A DNA stretch of 58,349 nt from a virus. Lineage: Duplodnaviria; Caudoviricetes. The stretch lies in IMG/VR virus record IMGVR_UViG_3300020044_008128, positions 1 through 58,349 of that record, one strand, 5' to 3'. Under the pieces are notes generated by a model, which ran no database searches, had not been told where the DNA came from, and was given only the letters and a program-made list of their open reading frames with translations. Below are positions 29,601-37,500 of this stretch, piece by piece (position 1 is the stretch's first letter; each line of letters opens with the position of its first letter). The position numbers and the translations under genes are program-made.

Positions 29601-29890
29601 AAGAAGGGACGGTCTGCCTTCTCCTTAGCTTGGGCATCAACTTCCTGTTGAGCTTTCTGCTGGGCATACGTCTTGACGTAATCACCCATATTTTCAGGCA
29701 TCGGAGCACCTGCGAAGAACTTGTGCTTGGCATCAGCAATAGCTTCAACTGCGAGCTTTTCTTCAGGCGTTTTAGCCTGCTCGATCACCTGCTGTGACCA
29801 CCCCGACAACACCTTGGACTTCTGCTCTGGAGCTAGCTCCTGAAAGGTAGGGTTCGACTCGATTTCATTCCAAAGGGGAGGAGTAGCCAT
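17603..29890 (-). CDS. Giant (4095 aa) polyvalent internal virion/ejection protein with SF2 (strawberry-notch/DarB-like) helicase and zincin-like domain
   Basis: SSAGTGKT, LIFDEAH, TATP, GGTGLSLHD, QVAGRTVR; ILHELMHH; Gly/Ala hydrophobic N-terminal segments; long helical C-terminus. Confidence 0.8.
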   Translation of the reverse strand: MATPPLWNEIESNPTFQELAPEQKSKVLSGWSQQVIEQAKTPEEKLAVEAIADAKHKFFAGAPMPENMGDYVKTYAQQKAQQEVDAQAKEKADRPFFGFGDTLNALGTIASNLPTNVKAAAYQLKEGLAMPSERSQGYRDAMAEKKAADEAVQADQAQREAQGLATSVGSAGREFSNSSGFSGVAMGAAALGGAAGEAAGLPIGAAIGGAATAPAGGVGVAPGAVAGSAIGTAVGIIGGLASSGAAAYRMAGASFLDDAFALANEKSVQEKGRPLDKDEEKALHAQLLPIAKNTALWEAGPEAIGNVFTMGVGKLLFKDIGKEVATTLAKRALTKAGLVAADVGVELAGETATQVGGQGWDQAKMEAILAGKNPDEVANPYAGAAGIAKGFEEIAPATLFGSALMGGGAGLVGLAKDQYVKAQKAKAEEIAATAAALADANAPQVQNALVQTAVEAAATPAEAPPIEGQEFYVPTEEDKFQEAKAAAIRAYEEQVRKAEAVRAANDVVEAPPIEGQPYEDETPLPAPNAKIQSDLPSSIPAPTAQDSAPSSGRVTPSSSETIEAQPIEGQPFEETVAPERKAVTTTRVAAKPTVMARPAQAPTVRVTEVAPSEEVKIVADTKPRPAGTAQDQKIMVGRAQVGVIKQEPSRANPKAKNFYAIYNAAGEFVQEFGNLTPAKNAAKKIAKDLATPATAPVVAEVAPAPEAKKAVVPKGKMAIPEEYTAKMLPNGNVEWQHRESDGRVYKASYLSLEALQNEFAIGSLADKFGKVFANKIANTLKKGETISVRKEKEAPVEKPKSYRKTSRFSDNPNTQQPDILNFVADSDMVVPSAKFKAAEKKAGKSVGGERDPLRDVELDEGEKAKLWTVSDTMPFDSNTIDVVANLAFEANFISAPNADALIEAMVKASKERKAGSIADQQQAVMDEQEKQTLAFEEAVTTPAEDKERIVSSAVVVGKKYTILGEEFTVTEITYDEADGTPVGVVLTSPTFGEQKASLEEPFYVTKVATPKKQAGLESLLEGTQSTRPKNKGETAKPQAPDLLAELGAATRAGKAEQDQGKMEIPAAEKPATEVAPATEVAPATESAQPTEAPQLTERQKSRLARKEVTQEKLDDLAKRRQAAADKFRKSLGRTSMAGLDSEQFAAAFELAKISAETGAVKFTDFAQDVRDQFPDLWDNVKDYLSGVWNQLALNNEELEEAPLPREARKLIAQMEATEVAPATTSVKPTKVAQATEVAAATKSAQPTEVTPTIEEEPVTEPINGKLSIETLKEKMGFGKQRRKTVAEVFGLKPEYLLKTIFEPAALANADAETTEQINKLRDLISQTEEYKAYKKEQAMSESEVASERKKFEEKLPDALTNINAAGFVATTLPDGSIAIATKGEAATERGKAALVSNGFSYDNQKGWVSKTYARVVELAHNISDEAYGTAVGNEAVVASKINKIRKEQRKKLADQENQSEPPAGKTARSYMTTKVFEFFKSALNRALGQEAVKGGKVSIPSQALEEQQWDSMLISKAQADGKPMYLLASSAGTGKTFVMGSALANIRSRNPEGRIVFVTRSQELIAQVKEDFANFPEVQNIEFMTYSNLDDSTKYVPSDSDVLIFDEAHEVRYGLSDTSSRSKKAAEWMSKAKFTLLTTATPYESIEQMEYLKATGVFDSLREVRGLFDDGWYNFAAIAGAKVLQRDGKPSSLDFDKMTPADKKAGQLYAREFLRKNGMFSQRSARIPDGMSEATFQGVKGSAEWSVLADEIKTAFDKVEKPSSNDKGFYTNILKRILEASKANAAIDLARKEAAEGRQVVIFVETKSESDRNLVEIVEKWDAAQAEYLAAKAVNRDAQFVVPEGVPNLPGVIEMFRNLIEQGVGSINFESAQDKFKKAFGDQVVFYTGDEAGKVGQDSLSRWENPDSPNPAPIMVATMARGGTGLSLHDTSEGGKYPRTQIMLNLPWRASEVEQVAGRTVRYGMTSVARGFWLFANNLFNEAGLASRVGERLNSMNMLVRGEVTIAADKIVNQDWVANLSTGKVVEIERIPDTPPVGGLAAQVGNTNSLNLSTQPPAGKIVGGITEQNAKNGLALIAKLIPMAGRMVRLATSAELLADESLTPAERASVRSGAQGYYSNGKVVVIIDQVKQTIFHKNADIAAASTILHELMHHGTAVIRNSTDKLLHASWLSMISEYVTEAQIERLVKVSGYRAYANWRTDMDVKEKAMEEVFVRQIEGLFVRKGSLSFVEKTKLQKFLRWVKSFINSALGLPQSAQIPDEHLEDMGQIFIKAINAAKFTERAQGGSQSVAPVDKETSKRLSDAQQLGVDYPVPEGLPENSTEAYEAHWAKFTGDKDNKATKEQSQAMNQVPFAVGEYGLPIFLQTGNRGKPNNTIYEENGSIHRRFMLGDTVASVMIGKDNSVHFSVADSIGESVGKGAFKTMNALMPYLEQLLRIHSRKNPGVTYTFVANSPRKSALFSRYARRSGLELVGEHSFRVMEKPVAAVSDIRESTPDLGSLPDAPTNLLSPYNDEEKASLKAYKEANPELGLKFSQILGLEGSIADVQSIAASESLAYEYLRLDSDKGRPVVGKDDVDRLLGVATQLTARGSTFGLTYQQGKPDAATGVLQMVLTQAGLEMARNGDSRLLEMLRQNWNGIVMGAFLTHSSAGRLLQSRSAYKMEILDTMYKMEQAAKAAAIKHLQEEGVEDAENTLRSVEELINNAELDAKALEDLKKAVSGIKVGAQDGLAERITEALKFTGGEIKRKWSEYTKEILRLGKLAKLEKDMEEKKASSSAAQSLSDDLGLEEPLEVFASIEDVRKAMDDSRKKIAKLGKELGKALGAKQPAPQVTSPTPNIPTASEGEVEDLEDVEDVKEEENQNEATKAAEAVLANLKAFLEKKYSKEKKAPTIYAIIKKAVDANIANTPKHTVFKYFADDLAKELEPFDIEDSVKEELIATAWSTSSRYAEKEAEEITDRFLKKKEVQDNLKTEDTVKLKALVKEFLRNKKKLEEQDFVDAMTPLVEALKVPAKIAGELARATYGEHLVRKEAALQRMLDRTKESLLAGSRKTLVSQIKAANPADINDAAWQDAALRKVLTLSGILPSELDRAMSEFSDADKALIFGTTVAKMNQAASESINKTHERLIKNYEEYLKQPTNAAKPTPSETLRKLVRNLVAIDITRPLFVTQAAAFGATEAQANRLYDLAMTERSLRKGEETSTTKMGVLVDYITSDASLQNDPKLRLEAIKSWLKRNGYTSQAADNSAAAIDAAFDEHVVAAQVKAMEKFEIKISSRKQAELKKKAENTNVNVAEKQVEKLQKLIRMGLGKDRLDPTKSFAKAAGYENLQPSDYKAFGELDLKITQAKADQRVHDYAIAVKELYELLARRKLEMGFLTRLAISYNNSALSGLGTLAINIIAPMGALMTRVGIDMGAAIARGDIQAVKDIFKVLQDTASIIRQEVKFSITGGANTNDWSRVIMNATTLQQPMVKALQKINDPKTSAFDKLKARMIVVQSYTDVTRRVLMATDHVWFSMMDNYFRKTQALEVMRRAGVQDQNKIQQVRAILFSGTNVYGPRLAYELGVLHRYENAIEGFRGLPDAKAKILDLVTAPLDANLTVEARQFEEDIRGDIRRASQGNLLSQATAVKQALGAARLQRTLSNIRIRDNVARDINSAIKGILPDVQFPEFVEKESAYEMGVHRGEDSPNLDVINNIVNAIQGAGNNVIKKHPIVGRMLLGYFGIPSNLLNRAMWFTPYGLIRYAIAAKARKDLLVGPNPFYQQSMATNEQIRQRLVEAIVGTTAISILMALKALSDDEDDDLFNVTLTGPTNKTELDAWKKAGHRQGSIEMRVGDKIVSLNVMRGPLEPLKIALLMVGAMDDMRLNRKENDGEFAQYFSEYMSAVLSGWSKQAAFFGAKSTIGATLAVDPDSKVLGTALYKLNPIIPFSGLISSVEKLMTGGDRFRGREGSLYLNLPIARSLLTERAVNALGDPQGLNPSSAWTEGNERAWYAGFPLMVAGTPTGNDKKVYGFILDRGIAPGLPQRTALENKNGVMSDSNWQDYVAVRGQFIKKAMIRDLARLEKMDDDSASKALGNIGTEATAYAKKQLRYK
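26148..26685. repeat. Direct repeats encoding TEVAPA/SAQPTE units within giant gene
   Basis: TCCGTGGGCTGCGCCGACT at 26148-26166 and 26619-26637; tandem 18-bp units GGCGCAACTTCCGTGGCT near 26647-26685. Confidence 0.8.
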
Positions 29891-29898
29891 ATTCAGCT

Positions 29899-29927
29899 AC
29901 AATGCTCGAAAATAGCCCCTCGGTCAA
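29899..29927 (-). promoter_or_regulatory. Putative leaderless promoter of giant gene (TTGACC-N17-CATTGT)
   Basis: -10 ends 8 nt before ATG 29890. Confidence 0.35.
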
Positions 29928-30877
29928 GGTTTCTGCAACATCGAGTTGATGTAGTCCGAGTGCGCCTGCTGGGGACTCTGGAAGTGTTTATCCGCAGCCC
30001 GTAGAGCGCGGATGGTTGCCTCAGAGGCTTCCTTGCCATCGGTCTTGCCTAACAACGCATGGATGTCAGCAGCAATGGCAGGGGCTTTCTGCGGAATGTC
30101 TGCAAGCTCACGCTTGCTCTTGCCCTTGATGGCTTCTGCATCCTGCTGGGTGGCGAGTTCCCATTCCTTTGCCAGATCAACGATCTCCCGCTGGGCATCC
30201 AAAGACTGAATCTTGGCGAGAGCCGGAGGGAGTTGGCTGCGGAACTTATTGAGTTCAGCTTTTGCCTTGTAGGCTGGAGCAGCTTCCAAACCTTTGCGGA
30301 GATGTTCTGGCATCTGCATCGCATAGTCTGCGGCTTCAGACTGGCTCCTTTGGGCAGCTTGTGCCGTATCCCGCAGCTTGTAGGAGGTAGGGGAACCGGA
30401 GGCTTGGAAGGCGGCAATCTGCTCAGGAGTAGCGGTCTGGAGGGCGGCATTGGCCTGCGCCAGTTGCTGTTCTTCCATTGCAGTCTGCATGAGCTTCTGC
30501 TGTGCCGTCTGTTCTCGACGCTGTTGCTCTCCTATAGCCAAAGTCTGCTGCACCTGCCCTGTGGCAAAGGCTTGGGGATCACGCATCGCCAAGGACTGCA
30601 CCTTCTTGGTGTAGTCGGGATCGAGAGGATTGATTGCCGCAGCGGCACGGGCAACGTCCGCTACCCTCGCCAATTCCCGCTGCTTCTCCTGCTCGCGGGC
30701 AATCTGCTCAATGAACTGACCCGAAGAACCGAGCATCCCAGCCGCAGCCATTGCCCTAGTTTTGGGGTCAATTCCACTTGGTTGGGGTTGCGCGGTTTGG
30801 AACATAGCAGGAGGAGGCGCGTAAAGAGCCTGCTGCACTGCTTGCTGTTCTTCGGGAGTGAGTTCGTTGTATGCCAT
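29924..30877 (-). CDS. Putative internal virion (ejection) protein
   Basis: Gln/Ala-rich helical; position upstream of giant protein as in podoviruses. Confidence 0.55.
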   Translation of the reverse strand: MAYNELTPEEQQAVQQALYAPPPAMFQTAQPQPSGIDPKTRAMAAAGMLGSSGQFIEQIAREQEKQRELARVADVARAAAAINPLDPDYTKKVQSLAMRDPQAFATGQVQQTLAIGEQQRREQTAQQKLMQTAMEEQQLAQANAALQTATPEQIAAFQASGSPTSYKLRDTAQAAQRSQSEAADYAMQMPEHLRKGLEAAPAYKAKAELNKFRSQLPPALAKIQSLDAQREIVDLAKEWELATQQDAEAIKGKSKRELADIPQKAPAIAADIHALLGKTDGKEASEATIRALRAADKHFQSPQQAHSDYINSMLQKP

Positions 30878-30880
30878 AAA

Positions 30881-31987
30881 TCAGCGTCCTGCGGCACGTT
30901 GTAGGTTTTCCTGTTCAGCCAAGAACCGAATCTGAGCATTGGAATCGGGAATGCCTTGCTCCCCAAACAGTAGATTCCTGTAAGGACGGTCAATCAAATT
31001 GTTCCAAGCATCATAAACCCCAAGACCAATGTTCTTAGCAGTGGCTCCTGCGCTGCCTAAGAGTCCGGGATTGTCCACAACGCCAAGCCAGTTCGTTGCT
31101 TGCCCTGCCTTGGCAGCAAGTTCCTCCGGAGATAGCGTAATCGCCTCTTCCTCAGATAGTGCCTTGGCATAGTCCTCTGTCAGCTTTTTAACCTCCGCAG
31201 GAGTACTGGTTCCGGAGGCTTTTGCCTTCTTAATGGCATCTTCGGCAGCTTTTGTTTTCGCAGTAACCGCTTCCATTTTCGCGGAGGTCTCCCTAGCAGT
31301 AGCCGCTTTAGCCATCTCCGAAGCCACTGACTTATCCCCGCCCAAGATGGGGGCGTTAGCCAGAGACTGCTTTGGCCCGCCCAAGAATGGGAAAGGCTTG
31401 TCGGCATACGCATCTTTGCCAATGAGCGTTTGCAGATCAGGAGCCTGTGTTTCCGAGGAACGACGAACTCCGGCACCCGCTGCCATTGTAGGGGCTTCTT
31501 CCATTGAGACTGCCTGAACTGGCTTAGGCTTGGCATACTCCTTCAAGAAAGCATCTCGGATGTTCGGGCCGAGAGCAGCTTTCTCAAGCATGGTGCCCTC
31601 TCCTTTGTTAAAAGCGGCACGTTCCTTCGCAAATTGACCAACGGAAGCAGAAACCGGAGCCACTGCGGTGTTGGTTCCAACGATGTTTCCTTGAGCATCC
31701 AAAACAGCCTTAGCTCCCGTGTCCGAAGTCACTACTCGGCTGGACGGAAGTCCGGAAATAGTGGCTGGATTTGCGGCTTGCTGCTCTTTTAGAGAAGCGA
31801 CTGCTTGACGACCCTCGGCCATGCCCTGCTGTAGTTGCATAGCCCTTTGCTGGGCAAGCTCCCAAGCTCGCTGGGCGGCGGGAGAACTCGGCAGCGTTTG
31901 TCCTCCAGTGGCTTTGAGAAAAGCTTCTGAAACTTTAGGATCAGCGGACGAAAGCCTGCCGGATTGGTCGAACATGGAGGTAGCCAT
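30881..31987 (-). CDS. Putative internal virion (ejection) protein
   Basis: Ala/Lys/Gln-rich, synteny. Confidence 0.55.
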   Translation of the reverse strand: MATSMFDQSGRLSSADPKVSEAFLKATGGQTLPSSPAAQRAWELAQQRAMQLQQGMAEGRQAVASLKEQQAANPATISGLPSSRVVTSDTGAKAVLDAQGNIVGTNTAVAPVSASVGQFAKERAAFNKGEGTMLEKAALGPNIRDAFLKEYAKPKPVQAVSMEEAPTMAAGAGVRRSSETQAPDLQTLIGKDAYADKPFPFLGGPKQSLANAPILGGDKSVASEMAKAATARETSAKMEAVTAKTKAAEDAIKKAKASGTSTPAEVKKLTEDYAKALSEEEAITLSPEELAAKAGQATNWLGVVDNPGLLGSAGATAKNIGLGVYDAWNNLIDRPYRNLLFGEQGIPDSNAQIRFLAEQENLQRAAGR

Positions 31988-31989
31988 AA

Positions 31990-32529
31990 TTAAGAAGCTG
32001 GGAACATAGGTTGAACGCCCATCGTATATGCCGACCCCATCAAGGCGTTGAGCGTATTGGGCTTTTTAGGAGCCATAGGATTTATAGTTCCCACGGTGGG
32101 AGTCAGGTTGTTTGGAGTACCCGTTGGGTTCGTCCCAATTACGGGAGGAGCCGATAAGTTGGTGGATGCTGGGGCTGGAGGAGGAAGCGGGGTGGGGGGC
32201 GCAGGGGTAGCCACTCCCATAGCTCCAGCGGCGGTAGCTAACGGATTCTGAGGCTGATTCTTGTAGTAGTTCTCCAAAGCGGCAACGCCACGTTCCTGAT
32301 TCGCTGCTTGCGACATCATTTGGGCTGCTTGAACTTGACCGGGCCGAGCCGTTCCCCTCGACACCATCCCAGCAACTCGACTAAGGTCAGTAGTGGGGCG
32401 ACCAACTGGGGTTGCTCGGGTGTTTCCAAGACCTCCAGAGGCGGCAATGTTGCTACTGAGTCCAGCGGAGAGGGACTGTGCTCCAAAATCGTTGCTGGTG
32501 CGGTCTGGGCCGGATGCTGACATTTTCAT
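31990..32529 (-). CDS. Low-complexity Pro/Thr/Ala-rich putative virion protein
   Basis: Composition and synteny. Confidence 0.5.
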   Translation of the reverse strand: MKMSASGPDRTSNDFGAQSLSAGLSSNIAASGGLGNTRATPVGRPTTDLSRVAGMVSRGTARPGQVQAAQMMSQAANQERGVAALENYYKNQPQNPLATAAGAMGVATPAPPTPLPPPAPASTNLSAPPVIGTNPTGTPNNLTPTVGTINPMAPKKPNTLNALMGSAYTMGVQPMFPAS

Positions 32530-32531
32530 AA

Positions 32532-33479
32532 TTAGAAGACAGTTGGTATTGAGCGTCCACGAACGCCAAAGAAGTGGAGGTTTGGAACGCCGGAAGCTCC
32601 CCCTCGGGATGCCTTGGCTTCTTGGTTCAAGTAGGTCATCGCCGTTGTGAACGATGGGCCTGCCATATCGAGTTGACCCGCACGCTCGAAAGCAAGGGCT
32701 TTTAGCCCGTAGCGGAGCGCACTCAAGTTGCCCGGCCTCACGTAGTCCGTCTCTGCCACCAAAGGAATGAACCTCAAGTTGCAGAGAGTTTGGATGGGAT
32801 CAGAGGTCTTTCCTGTCTGATAGCGGTGGTAGGAGGGGCGAGTTTCGCTGGGGTAATAGCGACCAATTTGCGTTACCGTAGCCCCATCCACAACACTCAG
32901 CGTCCAAGGGAGCGTCATGTTTGCGGGAGCTTGAATACCCGTCACACGGGAGAAAACCACGCTGGTTGTAACGCTTGGGTTGACGGTAGTGACGTTGATT
33001 CCTTGATTTCCAGAGGTGTCGTAGATAGTGTTGCCATCAGCGTCCTCCCCAAATAGGCGAATCACTTTGGAAGCATCTCCGGCTCCCGTAATCGTTACCC
33101 GCAGGGTTCCCGCAGTGGTAATGTCTGACTGGGTGCAGAAACCGTCGCCAAGGTCAATTAGAACGCCGGGGAAGTGGTAGGTGTCGGAAATCTCGCCGGG
33201 GCCGTTATCCGAGAACTCATAAAATGGCGAGAAGATTGGGAAGGGAGCCTTCTGGTATCTCATCACCAAGACCGACTGATACCACCGTGGAAGCGTAACA
33301 AAGCCCGTAGATACGGGGAGAGTTACCTTAGACACGGTGCCTTTCCACTTGCCCGAGTTGATGAAACGCTCACAAACCTCGTTCAAACGGGGAATAAAAG
33401 CCGCCGAGTTGATGTCGGTAGCGTCCACCTCCTCATAGAGGGCAGTGCGGCAATCGGCAACAGTGAGGCGGGTGTCCAT
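32532..33479 (-). CDS. Putative head-tail adaptor / tail tubular protein
   Basis: Adaptor-like layout: N-terminal helices (RLNEVCERF), VTLPR, C-terminal ALRYGLKALAFE helix. Confidence 0.55.
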   Translation of the reverse strand: MDTRLTVADCRTALYEEVDATDINSAAFIPRLNEVCERFINSGKWKGTVSKVTLPVSTGFVTLPRWYQSVLVMRYQKAPFPIFSPFYEFSDNGPGEISDTYHFPGVLIDLGDGFCTQSDITTAGTLRVTITGAGDASKVIRLFGEDADGNTIYDTSGNQGINVTTVNPSVTTSVVFSRVTGIQAPANMTLPWTLSVVDGATVTQIGRYYPSETRPSYHRYQTGKTSDPIQTLCNLRFIPLVAETDYVRPGNLSALRYGLKALAFERAGQLDMAGPSFTTAMTYLNQEAKASRGGASGVPNLHFFGVRGRSIPTVF

Positions 33480-33489
33480 AGGCAGATTG

Positions 33490-33518
33490 ATTTTACTTGA
33501 CGATGGGCCTTATGTCAA
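33490..33518 (-). promoter_or_regulatory. Near-consensus sigma70 promoter (TTGACA-N17-TAAAAT)
   Basis: One mismatch from consensus, 17-nt spacer, 10 nt before ATG 33479. Confidence 0.7.
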
Positions 33519-33522
33519 AGGT

Positions 33523-34197
33523 TCATGCTGTGCGCTCGATGCTCTTGATACGGAGAAAATAAAAAGGGTCTAAATCCTCCTCCGATTCATCGAGGGGAGC
33601 GTAGAAAAAATGGCTTTCCCCCTCATAACCAACTTCCATTGTTGTCTCAGAATATACGATAGGCTCACCACTTCTGTCATATGAATACATTTCAATCACT
33701 ACTTTGACTCGGACTTTAAAACCTAGTTCTGGAAAAGTAGTTTTATCGTATTGTGGAAGTGGATACCCATAGAATAAATAGTCTGCCATCGAGGTGGTTC
33801 CGGCCATCGAGGAGGACTCAAGAGTCAAAGTAAAGCTATTGGAAGAGGCTGGTTCCCCCTCTTCTTCCGGATCATTAAAAAGTTGATACCCAATATCGGT
33901 AAATATAGGCCCATTGACCACTTGCAAGGTATCTCTACTAACAGATGCTATAAACCTTTTGCCTGAGTCATAGGGGGTTATTTCTCGTCCTTTAACTCTC
34001 TCTCCCGCAATTCGACCTATCAGTAAAAACTCCCAGCTATCAATAGCCTCCCTCTCTCCCTCCATTGGCACTTCGATAGAAATCCCCATGCCGTTGACGC
34101 TGGCGTTGTTACCTGCTCTGGGCTGGAGCTTATTGACCCTAGTCTCAATCTGGGTCTTGGCTAGGCTGTAGATTTGCTGGTATTGCTCGTAGGTCAT
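33523..34197 (-). CDS. Hypothetical acidic protein (AT-richer)
   Basis: 224-aa ORF, ATGA coupling. Confidence 0.6.
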   Translation of the reverse strand: MTYEQYQQIYSLAKTQIETRVNKLQPRAGNNASVNGMGISIEVPMEGEREAIDSWEFLLIGRIAGERVKGREITPYDSGKRFIASVSRDTLQVVNGPIFTDIGYQLFNDPEEEGEPASSNSFTLTLESSSMAGTTSMADYLFYGYPLPQYDKTTFPELGFKVRVKVVIEMYSYDRSGEPIVYSETTMEVGYEGESHFFYAPLDESEEDLDPFYFLRIKSIERTA

Positions 34198-34379
34198 GGG
34201 GTAACGGCAACACGGGTTCCAACAACAAATGTGAGTCCGGAAAGGACAAGGGTATCCTCATTGTCCGCCTGATAAGATACATCATCCAAAGCAGTAGTCA
34301 GCATGGTGTCCAATTCCGCCCACCAAGCCCCTGCTTGTTGTTCCGGAGTCATGGCATCCCACGTTTCTTGAGGAATCAT
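34194..34379 (-). CDS. Small hypothetical protein
   Basis: ATGA overlaps at both ends. Confidence 0.55.
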   Translation of the reverse strand: MIPQETWDAMTPEQQAGAWWAELDTMLTTALDDVSYQADNEDTLVLSGLTFVVGTRVAVTP

Positions 34380-34573
34380 TCGGAGGAAGAAATCAGCGAT
34401 TCTTGGCAGTTGTGAACAGTAGCCCCTTCTCCGGAGATGAAGCGGTAGAGATCAAACCGCTGATCGATGATCTCCTTTGTTCGATCTCTTGTAGCCATGA
34501 ACTGTGCTTCATCGCCATTCTCCCCTTGGAGAGTGGCAACACGGTCTTCGGCTTCGGGATCGACATTGGGCAT
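34376..34573 (-). CDS. Small hypothetical protein
   Basis: ATGA overlap; follows tail protein gene. Confidence 0.55.
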   Translation of the reverse strand: MPNVDPEAEDRVATLQGENGDEAQFMATRDRTKEIIDQRFDLYRFISGEGATVHNCQESLISSSE

Positions 34574-34579
34574 GGTGGG

Positions 34580-37500
34580 TTAAGCTGTGAATGCGACAAC
34601 GGCTCCAATATACGGCCCTGTGCTCGTAGTGCCAGTTGTTGGGATGGAAGTCACGGTATTGACTGCATTGTAGATGACTGCGCGGAAGTGGTAGCTCTGA
34701 CCAACGGTGAGTCCCGTGATCGTTTTCGTTGCGGCTTGTGGGGCGAACCCCGCCAAACTTGCAGTAGTCGATGTGAGCCACGTCGAGGATGATACCAACT
34801 TGTATTGGAAGTAAGCTGTCGAATCTATGTGATTCGGAGTAAATGTTCCAGCCAAGGTAACAGACCCGCCAGAGATCGCACTAGCGGCTCCGGTTGTAGC
34901 GGTTGGAACAGCTACAGCGGCAGCGTTTACTTGGACGTTGTAAGTGCTCTTGGTGCCGGGGTTATTCGACGTGACGTAGAGGTTCACATAGCGATAGCCC
35001 TTGACTCCGATAGCAGGAGCAAATGCGAGGGTGAGCGTGTCCGAGTTGCTGGCAGAAATGCTTGAAGGTGGGTAGCTTGTGATCGAGAAGTCCCCCGTCC
35101 CGCCCGACAGAGTGGCGACAATGCTTGAGAGTGTTGCTGTCCCTGCGTTGACCAGTTTCACAGAGATAGGGAGAGTTGCCCCGCCAATCGCTGCGACGTA
35201 GCCAGTCTGGTCTTCATCAGCAATCGTCGTGCCATCTGGGACTTGAAGCAGAAGGTCAGGAGCAAGCACCCCAGAGAAGGAAAGTTGATCTTCCTGAATG
35301 GATACTGAGCCACTCAAATAACCGCACTGGATGTAAGCTCTTGCTCTCAGAATACCTGTTGTGGGTAGAGAGATTCCCGTCAGACTCCAACCTCCCGTGA
35401 TGCGAGTTCCTTGCCCCAAACGCGACCATGTGGTGCCCCCGTCTTGGCTAAGGTCGAACACGGTGATCTGCGTTTCAGGTAACGTCCCTCCACGGAGCCA
35501 CTGAACTGCGGTGTTGCTGACAATCGACAAAGCCGTGGAAGCTGTGCCGTTGATGAGCTTGGCTGCCTTTTGAGACCCGCCTCCAGCCAGCGAGAAATAC
35601 CCGCCAATCAGCAACGATCCGTCTTCTTGAACGCACAGAGATTGAACCATACCTGTCGCTGCCGCCGAAAAAGTCGAATCGTTTGATCCTGTAGTTGTAA
35701 TCCTTTCTACTTTGGATGTGCTGACAGGGTAGCTGTTTGCTGATCCAAGAAGTAGTGTGCCGTCGGTCTGCGGGGATAAAGCCTCGGCGGAAGAAGCAAC
35801 TAGTGTGAACGTCCCGTCTAAAGCTCCTGCTGTCGTCAGTCGGATGACTCCGCGCTTATCGACTCCTGCTATATAATTTGATCCGCTAAATAAAACTCGA
35901 CCAGATGCGTCTAAATTAGCCATACCTCCGCCTGAAGTCACATTAGCCGCAAAAGTAGCGTCAATCGAGCCGTCTGAATTGAGACGAGCTATACCACGCT
36001 GGGAAGAACCAGCGATGCCTGAGAACGATCCACTTACAAGTATTTTTCCATCTGCTTGTGGGAGAATTGAATAAATGCCGCCAGAGCAGGTGCAGGAAAA
36101 AGCATTGATCGAGGCAACTCCGGCAGAGGAGAAGTCAATCTTGGCTATGCGCTGCCTAGTTACCGTAGTCCCAAGCGTCAGCGTTGTGAAGTTTCCTCCT
36201 ATCAAAACTGAACCGTTAGGTAGAAGAGCCATACAGCTAATGGAATCATTGGCACTTAAAGTAAATGTTCCATCCAGTGAGCCGTCTGAATTAATTCTAC
36301 GGATATGCTGAGTAGTAAAGTTGCCTCCAATCAATGCCTTCCCGTCTGGTAGTTGCGCCATGCAGTACACGGTGCCGTTCACTCCCGCACCTGATTGAGC
36401 TTGTACATTCCCCAAAGAATCGACAAAGGCATAACGATTGCGAGTTTGGGTTCCAACAGATGTGAAACCTCCGCCAAGCCCTATTATTCCGTTTGTGCGT
36501 TGGGTTATAGTCGTTACCGTTTCATTCGGAACAGGTTGCCACGACAAGTCTTGTGAACCCGGACCCGGTGTGGCTGCTCCAGACAACGCCACTGTGAAGC
36601 TTCCTTCGTCCGCATCATTGGAGTGAATCGTCATCGTGGTCGTCTTTGTCCCAGAAGATGTTGGCGTCAATTTTACGTCGAAAGTGACGAATTGACTTGG
36701 TAGCACTGGATCAATAGGTTGAGTGACAACGGTATATTGGCCTGTTGGAGAGAAGGTTACGTGCGTTCCAGTAAATGATAGGTTGGCTAGTCCAATATTT
36801 CGCACTGTCACGGTCTTTATCGACGAAGACCCAACTTGAGTGCTCGGGAAGTAGATCGTTCCTGATCCAGAAGTCAGGATAGCTCCGTCGATTTCGACTT
36901 GAATTTCAGGGTCAATCGGTGCGGAGACTGTCACTTGCTGGATGCCTTCGCTATGAGAGTCAGAAGGAAAAGCCGTTGCGCGGATATTGTTCGTAGAGCC
37001 AGACAAAGAAGATGTCGGGATAATCTGCCATCCTGAAGGTGTGCGTGAAATAGTTCCCGCTAGGGTTGCGTAGCCAGAACCCGTGTCCAATTCAAACTCG
37101 ACTCGCTGCGTCTCTTCACTGGTTCCTGTCCTGTCCCATTTGATGAGATTAGCGTTTACGGCATACAGGTTGTTAGCTGCTGTGCCGTTGTAAAGCCTAG
37201 CAACACGGTTACGGGTCGTGCTGCCAACTGAGGTGAAAGAGCCTCCTGCTAGGATTTTGCCGTCCGTTTGGAGGGCAAGAGCATTCACGCCCCCGTTGGC
37301 ATTTGGATTGAAGGCAGGCTCCAAAGAAAAGTCAGGAAGAAGCCGCGCAAGGCGATTCCGTGTCGTGCCGCTGACGCTAGTGAAGTCTCCTCCGAAAATG
37401 ACGCTACCTTCTGCCTGAAGAGCCAACGTGTTGACTGCTGCTGATGGTGTAGGAACTCCGGCTACCAAGGTTCCGTTGGCTTCGATGACGGCAAGTTTTG

